Source of the DNA: Schizosaccharomyces osmophilus
Taxonomy: Eukaryota
Assembly: GCF_027921745.1 (NCBI RefSeq)
Contig: NC_079238.1
Span: 3,348,001 to 3,412,000 of the forward strand
DNA length: 64,000 nucleotides
Reading direction: 5' to 3'
Positions 60,201 through 64,000 of the stretch are shown piece by piece. How positions within the stretch are numbered: position 1 is the stretch's first letter; each line of letters opens with the position of its first letter. Made by a program: the position numbers and the translations under genes. The notes under the pieces are model-generated. The model was not told the origin of the DNA and ran no database searches. It was given only the letters and a program-made list of their open reading frames with translations.

Positions 60201-60387
60201 TGGTTTGAAAAAGTATTATCCTGAAGTACAATTTGAGAAGTTGCTCGATGGTTCTCATGATAACGAAGAAGTTAGAAGGCCATCCCTGCGGTCAGTTTTC
60301 CTGTGTGTCATGTCATTACAGCGCTTAAGATGCTTAGGAGAAAATCATTCTTACTATGGAAAAACTATTAAAAGTATTGCCTATTAA
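54241..60387 (+). CDS. spo15: Spindle pole body coiled-coil scaffold Spo15 (2048 aa from the first ATG)
   Basis: MSNQ..SPF..DLETP N-terminus, about 1700 aa of heptad-rich sequence, PACT-like C-terminus (LRSVFLCVMSLQRL); synteny. Confidence 0.88.
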   Translation: MSNQTPTSPSLSDSGDDDSLNTVLSPISPFAHLDLETPKPPKTKALGKHLTENNNAINQDEFSTPTARPEKGRRVLSEGEAPLQSESEETHQLTPRSPGSTSNTSWMLTRGGLFDSPIYDLKSVTQNSNLIADLRAVRSKLATLEHENGLLSMQLMSESNREGWEKDPSDIDALASSEDYQYFQKKVSELESTLSSKQSEAYELSRQLLNVTQRLDQREKEYETVVQDVKMMKDKVDHDQVSNSDLRAEQERLQRLLVSSNNTIGSLRQAETSLRSQCKDLEERMSALNESNSNKDEIKAYEEKLQDLSNQLKSKEHIIETLREDNQSFKGASTDNSELAEKNRKLEKILRSSISSLKESKEDSTSMQKKIRDLEGRSSDLQSKLKALEDETGEFDSVKRHLQASLEESNHKLLEKTKNLTNANQQLQGLEARITDTNNNLSSITYERDQNSLEIKDLHNRITELQNLVTSSSKSLEMSQSTTAQKEDECSKLNSLLEKKERLISESENELISTNQYIDTLKDQVAKYEDNIENLTSELNERRNVINKLGDEYKSLSVSRDEERAEKEHAQKAVGDVQELCKAFQDRLKESTVNMRNMEKLLEESQSTNIHEADDLKEELNEIKSSLNEKDSYIHHLNEQIASLETDFSDLQVKNEAQKQSHESLKTSFAELQKKLKYSQEVNNDMESQIKTLRDSLSKLDETEGSLKRLEEHNQNLSDQLNGYKNQVEEKENLSIAHEDLRKLKDNLESKLNSCQRLYDDSQSEISQLKSVNESLEAKHSTFNSSFEKISDELQNVIEMRDETYKDYFRLKECLSSLTEEYKELSVDYSALKQKFQNSEGFNNNLQLTSSKLSEESKHLKSSLQNVFSSLSETRVEMSSLTEANYRLQGELAVLRSNHEGVTNQLNSDREKFNETNGLYESLIQSATETEKSLRAEKDDNDEKVHTLEQEKEALFKEKEDLNQKACLLAEELEENIKKLSNLDAVHNSQEEEFKILKDELSEKSQSLDQTMELVKHLKEEKSTSDIEFKHIVSSKENVQEELITLKEKLVTLEQSLKDQSAEKETLSQQLMKSQDNISALEKDQESVLFEKNKLQKLKDDTEQALNSVQQSHSFLSEEHHLLRDEYRSLEDAFSKLKELNQKLIEKISYAEDSSKQLEEKNAIMDNKLLVATSQITETEAAMSQKCKEFSELQNEKDFLSQQLSEAEDLTKQHQEKNAILDNKLLDATSQITKTEAAMSQKCKEFSELQNENDFLSQQLSKAEDLTKQHEEKNAILDNKLLVVTNQIREVEAAMSQKCKEFSELQNEKDFLNQQFSDAEENISSLREVIGQCESNKKELLTKIDTLGKDNDELNSLKIAFCEAYSFLINSTKILPSVDVSASSLKDPSEIKKATSVFIKCFNDLSSMLQKKEKELHDSNQGADKLSNDLRDVKSDLDALTQCFNNTQEDYNSRENSLLTQLRELNLQVDSHSKSIENDYLELQRKDEFIDNLNQKISNLQRELEISNEEVNTQRSDSEKKQALVSELTEKVELITKEKRSLSEELTSMKEKVSDRLSATKEELHSALKDLTKKTNETKEMSIDLKNVKKQSDEHVKLIKHYQVDLRKSSNTIEQHLATIVSLKKILSENKEELEASSKETNALVQNLEAEKGRFLEDLELKRALITEQDERIESLQQSKDNSENEMATLEEEFHTLKDASKEHVQKLQDTEYKVNNLQSLLDRSNEELLFKEKQLKELQSVQESLTSVQNEFKLKCSNLSSLEDILTGTQAHNTELEGEVKRSMERIKRRDDRCDHLASKVKKLHQQLSQQHDTFFEAEQKRILQLSNLKDFVKKQDKHLKKLAQKQDELIPRSTILVYESYIKDIEKEIIILQERLNSLELSQQVPRGLFRFFGGRTNTFEPEVMEVFKRQLGKLQNIVGPKFSDKFKEDLDHCIIDEKNRQAAYFDYKQKADHLAECLQALQYALDREINFKKSLALWKTACYDGLKKYYPEVQFEKLLDGSHDNEEVRRPSLRSVFLCVMSLQRLRCLGENHSYYGKTIKSIAY
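57691..58194 (+). repeat. Intragenic tandem repeat, 3 x 168 bp (56 aa) in spo15
   Basis: Units start GCTGAAGA at 57691, 57859, 58027; each encodes EKNAI(M/L)DNKLL..T.QI...EAAMSQKCKEFSELQNE.DFL.QQ.S. Confidence 0.97.
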
Positions 60388-60568
60388 GGCTCCATTTTTT
60401 GGTTGCAACTAATAACATATCCGCGCAATTTATTTATACTTTATTAATTGGTGTTGGTAATGGTAATGGTAATATATGATTACGAATTTTAATAAGCAAA
60501 TCGGTAACGTAAATTGCAGTAAAACTTGTTTACATTGGGATGGTGTATGTCTATTTAGAGTCGACGAT

Positions 60569-62370
60569 CTAGATTTGAAGAGGTAGATGACTTTCACCAG
60601 AAGCTTCCTGAGTATTGAGGTTAACAGTCCAGTAAGAACGCCAGCGAATTCGTAAAGATTTCTGGTCATGACCGATATTGGAAATATTCATCATCATATA
60701 GGCAGCATTTTGCTGTTTTGGAGATATAGTAGTTTCTCCAACAAGGGGAAGCATCTGAAGTTTTTGGGATTTCATGACAGCGACCTGAAAAGTAACATTA
60801 GATACAGAAGACGCAAAAGAGTCGTTAGATAGATAGACCACATATGATGCAGTACCACTCGCTGGATTGTAACTGACTAACTTAGCTGACAGTAGCAAGG
60901 AATCAGACTTCAAAATGGGAAGAGTAGTTTCAACGTTAAAGGACTTATGTACAGAATCACCATTAGATACTGGTTTATTAGAATTGAATGCATCAGGAAA
61001 GCCAGCGAAAACTGAGGCATTATTGAAAGAGACAGCATTATCAGGAACATTTAAGTTATCTTGACTAGATTCGTCGAGCAGATCGACTAAAGAAGATTCG
61101 TTTCTTATGAGAGCATTATTACTTTGTTGGGATGATTGTGAAGAACTAGGTAAGGGTTGTTCATTGAAATCATGATTGATCCCGTAAGCCTGTAGTACAT
61201 CATGAAGTAATTCATTCAATGTAATAAGCTTATGAACATAGTATTCATCTTCATCCTCAGTCTGCAATAAACGGACGACTTTGTTCTTATAAACTTTCAG
61301 AGACTCCATTGCGGACTCTAAGGGTTCATCTAGAGACACCAATGCTGGATTTTCGAGATGATGTTGAACACGGAAAGCTTTAGCTTTGATGGATTCAATC
61401 TCTGCAGAGGCGAGAGCAGAGTAGTCTTCCGTATTCTCTTTGTCATAACCAGCGATTACTTTCATTAATGCATTAGCTTCGGCCAAGTCCATTGGAGTAC
61501 CTCGACGAAGGAGTTCTTGAAGCTTAGCTTTATGTGCCTCCAAATCTTCCATAGCCAACTCATGAGCGGAGCGTAGTTCATTACTAGGATTCATTACAGC
61601 AACTGAATCCTCATCAACCTTTGGAAATTTATAACCTTGAAAAGACATCAATTCGCGGAGGTCATGGATTCTGGAAAAATCTTGGCTATGCCTGTTGCTT
61701 TTACAAAGCATGTAATTCCATTCTTCAAGCATTTCCAAAATCTTTTTCTGAACCTTATTCATATGGGGGAGGGGATATTTAGGAAAACGCGAAACAAATC
61801 CATTGAGAAATTCTTGGCTTCCAATTTGTAAATGAAAGGGGAAGCCGCAGTTTTTTACACAAATATCAAGAAGCTAAACAAAGTTAGTTATTAAAATCCA
61901 TATACAAGCACGATTCGGACTGTTGATAAACCAAAACACATAGAGCGATCTCTCCCCTGGCTTTGCCTCTGTCATCTCCATTGTTTTGAGTTCAAGCCAT
62001 AAACAAATGAGACCATAGCAGCTGTATAGCTTGAGTCACTTACATTCAAAGCCAAATAAGTCACTGTCGGGTTGGTACTATTGATACGCTTCAATATGGT
62101 GAAAGCTGCCTCTCTAGGTCTATATATGGATAAATTGAATTAGAGAAATATACGTTTCAACTCAATATACATACGCATTTCCCTTTTTGACGTTAATATA
62201 ATCAGCGATTTCCAAATTCAAAGCCAAATTCGGCTCCAGATTAAATTGGTCCGTTGCTCTGTCTGTTCATGTTAGTTCACCATGCAAAGCAACTCTTCCA
62301 AACACTCAAATGATGGTAGTAACGTACCAATGTATCTTGTTAACGTCCGACTAACTTTGGAGGAAAGCAT
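60569..62370 (-). CDS. gga21: GGA adaptor (VHS-GAT-GAE), four exons
   Basis: RYID|RATDQFNLEPNLALNLEIAD, KNCGFPFHLQIGSQEFLN, KLQELLRRGTP..ANALMK, FQVAVMKS; which paralogue it is comes from synteny. Confidence 0.85.
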
Positions 62371-63137
62371 GTTGAGTATAGATGGGCTGATTCAATATTG
62401 AGTACAAAGAAAATAAACCAAAAAATAAAAGGATCCAAACGAATTCAAAAAATAGATACTTTTTATAGGACTTTACATTTATTGCACGAAGTTGTTGAAT
62501 GAATTGTTTCTTGATTATAGATAGTTTATGAAAGGGTAATATCATTGTTTTTCTTCATTAGATGATACAGATATAGACGCATCCTCGTTATACAAATATT
62601 AGACCTTTCCTTCATTAATACTACTACAACGAGTAAGTGTTTAAACTGGATGAAATAGGACTGAATGAACAAAATGGGATGTAATGGAGGTGAAAGTCAA
62701 ATAAATAGATGAATGAGTACAGCATTACGGGATTTTCCTGCACCCTAAAGACTTATGGATGTATGAATTCATTATTACCCCTATGAGCTTTTCTGAAAAT
62801 GGAAGAAATGAACCTACCTGCAGGTGGAACAGCTCAAACCTTCATATTTTGATTACCGAAATAGAGAAAAAATGGATACATGAAAAAATGGCAAATATTT
62901 TTGATGTAATGACCATCCTGAATTTGACCGTTCAAGAAGAATGCCTTCGATATATATAAGCATGTTTTTAGGTAACAGATGATTTTATTATGATATATAA
63001 TTAAATCAAGGACGCCGATTTCAACAATAACGAGTATAATTGAAGCAAATTTAAAATTATACACTTTGAAAAATTTATTCATAATGACTAGTTCTATATA
63101 ACACCTATAAAAAACATTCAAATTTTGGTTTTTCATA

Positions 63138-64000
63138 ATGGGCCCCCGAAATTCAGGTAAATTTCACGGCAAGCACAATTTTAAAGGGCAAATGCCCTCG
63201 AAATTCCCTTTGCCTCTTGCGATGTGGGATTTCGGTCATTGCAATCCAAATGCTTGTTCCGGGAAAAGGTTAGAAAGACTTGGTTGCATACGGAGTTTGC
63301 GAATTGGTCAAAAGAATAAGGGAGTCGTGGTCACGTAAGTTAAGATTTATTTTTGTTTTTGTTTTATATTATTATTGCTTCAACGTGCGGATTGTGGACA
63401 GTATTGTGCATTCTAGTTTGTTGCTGTTTTTTCGCATAAAATATGTCAAAAATCAATATTATCGTCTTTGAAGATTATTAGGTCCATAGAAGCTAACTGC
63501 CTTAGACCAAACGGCAAATCGCCAGTTTCACCCGCTGATCGAGTATTTTTTGACAATGGCGGTGCGAGTGTCGTCGAATGTTCTTGGGCTAAAATTGATG
63601 AAATCCCCTTTTCAAGAATTGGAGGCCGTTGCGAACGACTATTACCCTATTTGGTTGCTACAAATCCTATCAATTATGGACGGCCTTGGAGGTTGAATTG
63701 CGCAGAAGCATTGGCAGCCTGTATGTATATCGTTGGGTACAAGGATGAGGCTCGATTGCTGATGGAGAATTTCAAATGGGGCCATGCTTTTTTCGATGTA
63801 AATGAAGAGCTTTTAGATATTTATGCTGATTGTAAAGACGCCGATGAGATTCAAATAAAACAAAAACAGTATTTGGAAGATATGGAAGCATCTTATCGAG
63901 AGCAAAGAAATACAGATCAAGGGGATATTTGGACACAAGGAAATTTGAATCACAAACCAGTCGTCGCTGACAATGATACATCCAGCAGTTCCTCAGATGC
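63138..64000 (+). CDS. tsr3: 18S rRNA aminocarboxypropyltransferase Tsr3 (3'-truncated); exons 63138-63334, 63506 onward
   Basis: MWDFGHCNPNACSGKRL, VECSW, RLLPYLVATNPINYGRPWRLNCAEA, FKWGHAF. Confidence 0.95.

Noticed and set aside
61874..62043. Relatively long gga21 intron with short stems (TGGCTT..AAGCCA) as a snoRNA host
   Set aside because: No correctly spaced H/ACA or C/D boxes found
1..64000. Transposon/LTR, 5S rDNA-linked wtf meiotic drivers, CRISPR or bacterial-type defence systems
   Set aside because: No RT/integrase ORFs, LTR pairs, 5S sequence, wtf-like exons or repeat-spacer arrays seen; the sequence is ordinary intron-containing eukaryotic euchromatin

Overview
Gene-dense fission-yeast (Schizosaccharomyces) chromosomal DNA. 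The proteins are clear orthologues of S. pombe genes but diverged; my inference is the S. octosporus/cryophilus/osmophilus clade. The window holds 27 recognisable protein genes, many with short GT..CTRAY..YAG introns, plus one intron-containing tRNA-Val(TAC). Gene order matches, from memory, S. pombe cosmid blocks SPAC22F3 (gcs1-res2-rok1-atp20-aim41-lon1-alp41-mug62) and SPAC1D4/SPAC1F3 (rad15-lkh1-trz1-rtf2-pis1-csk1-erd1-like-cct2-aut12-grh1-tls1-oct1-mug161-rsc58-spo15-gga21-tsr3), joined by a tRNA-erg6-uvi31 island. I saw no transposon ORFs, LTRs, 5S rDNA, wtf genes or CRISPR. Best leads: (1) a 710-nt pis1 intron containing a box H/ACA snoRNA-like fold; (2) a cryptic spliced minus-strand small gene or pseudogene with a FLEX motif between atp20 and aim41; (3) a recent exact 8-heptad triplication in the Spo15 coiled coil; (4) an MCB cluster inside the res2 intron; (5) two multi-kb strand-skewed non-coding regions. 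Gene symbols come from recognition of motifs and synteny, not from a database search, and exon boundaries were read by eye.
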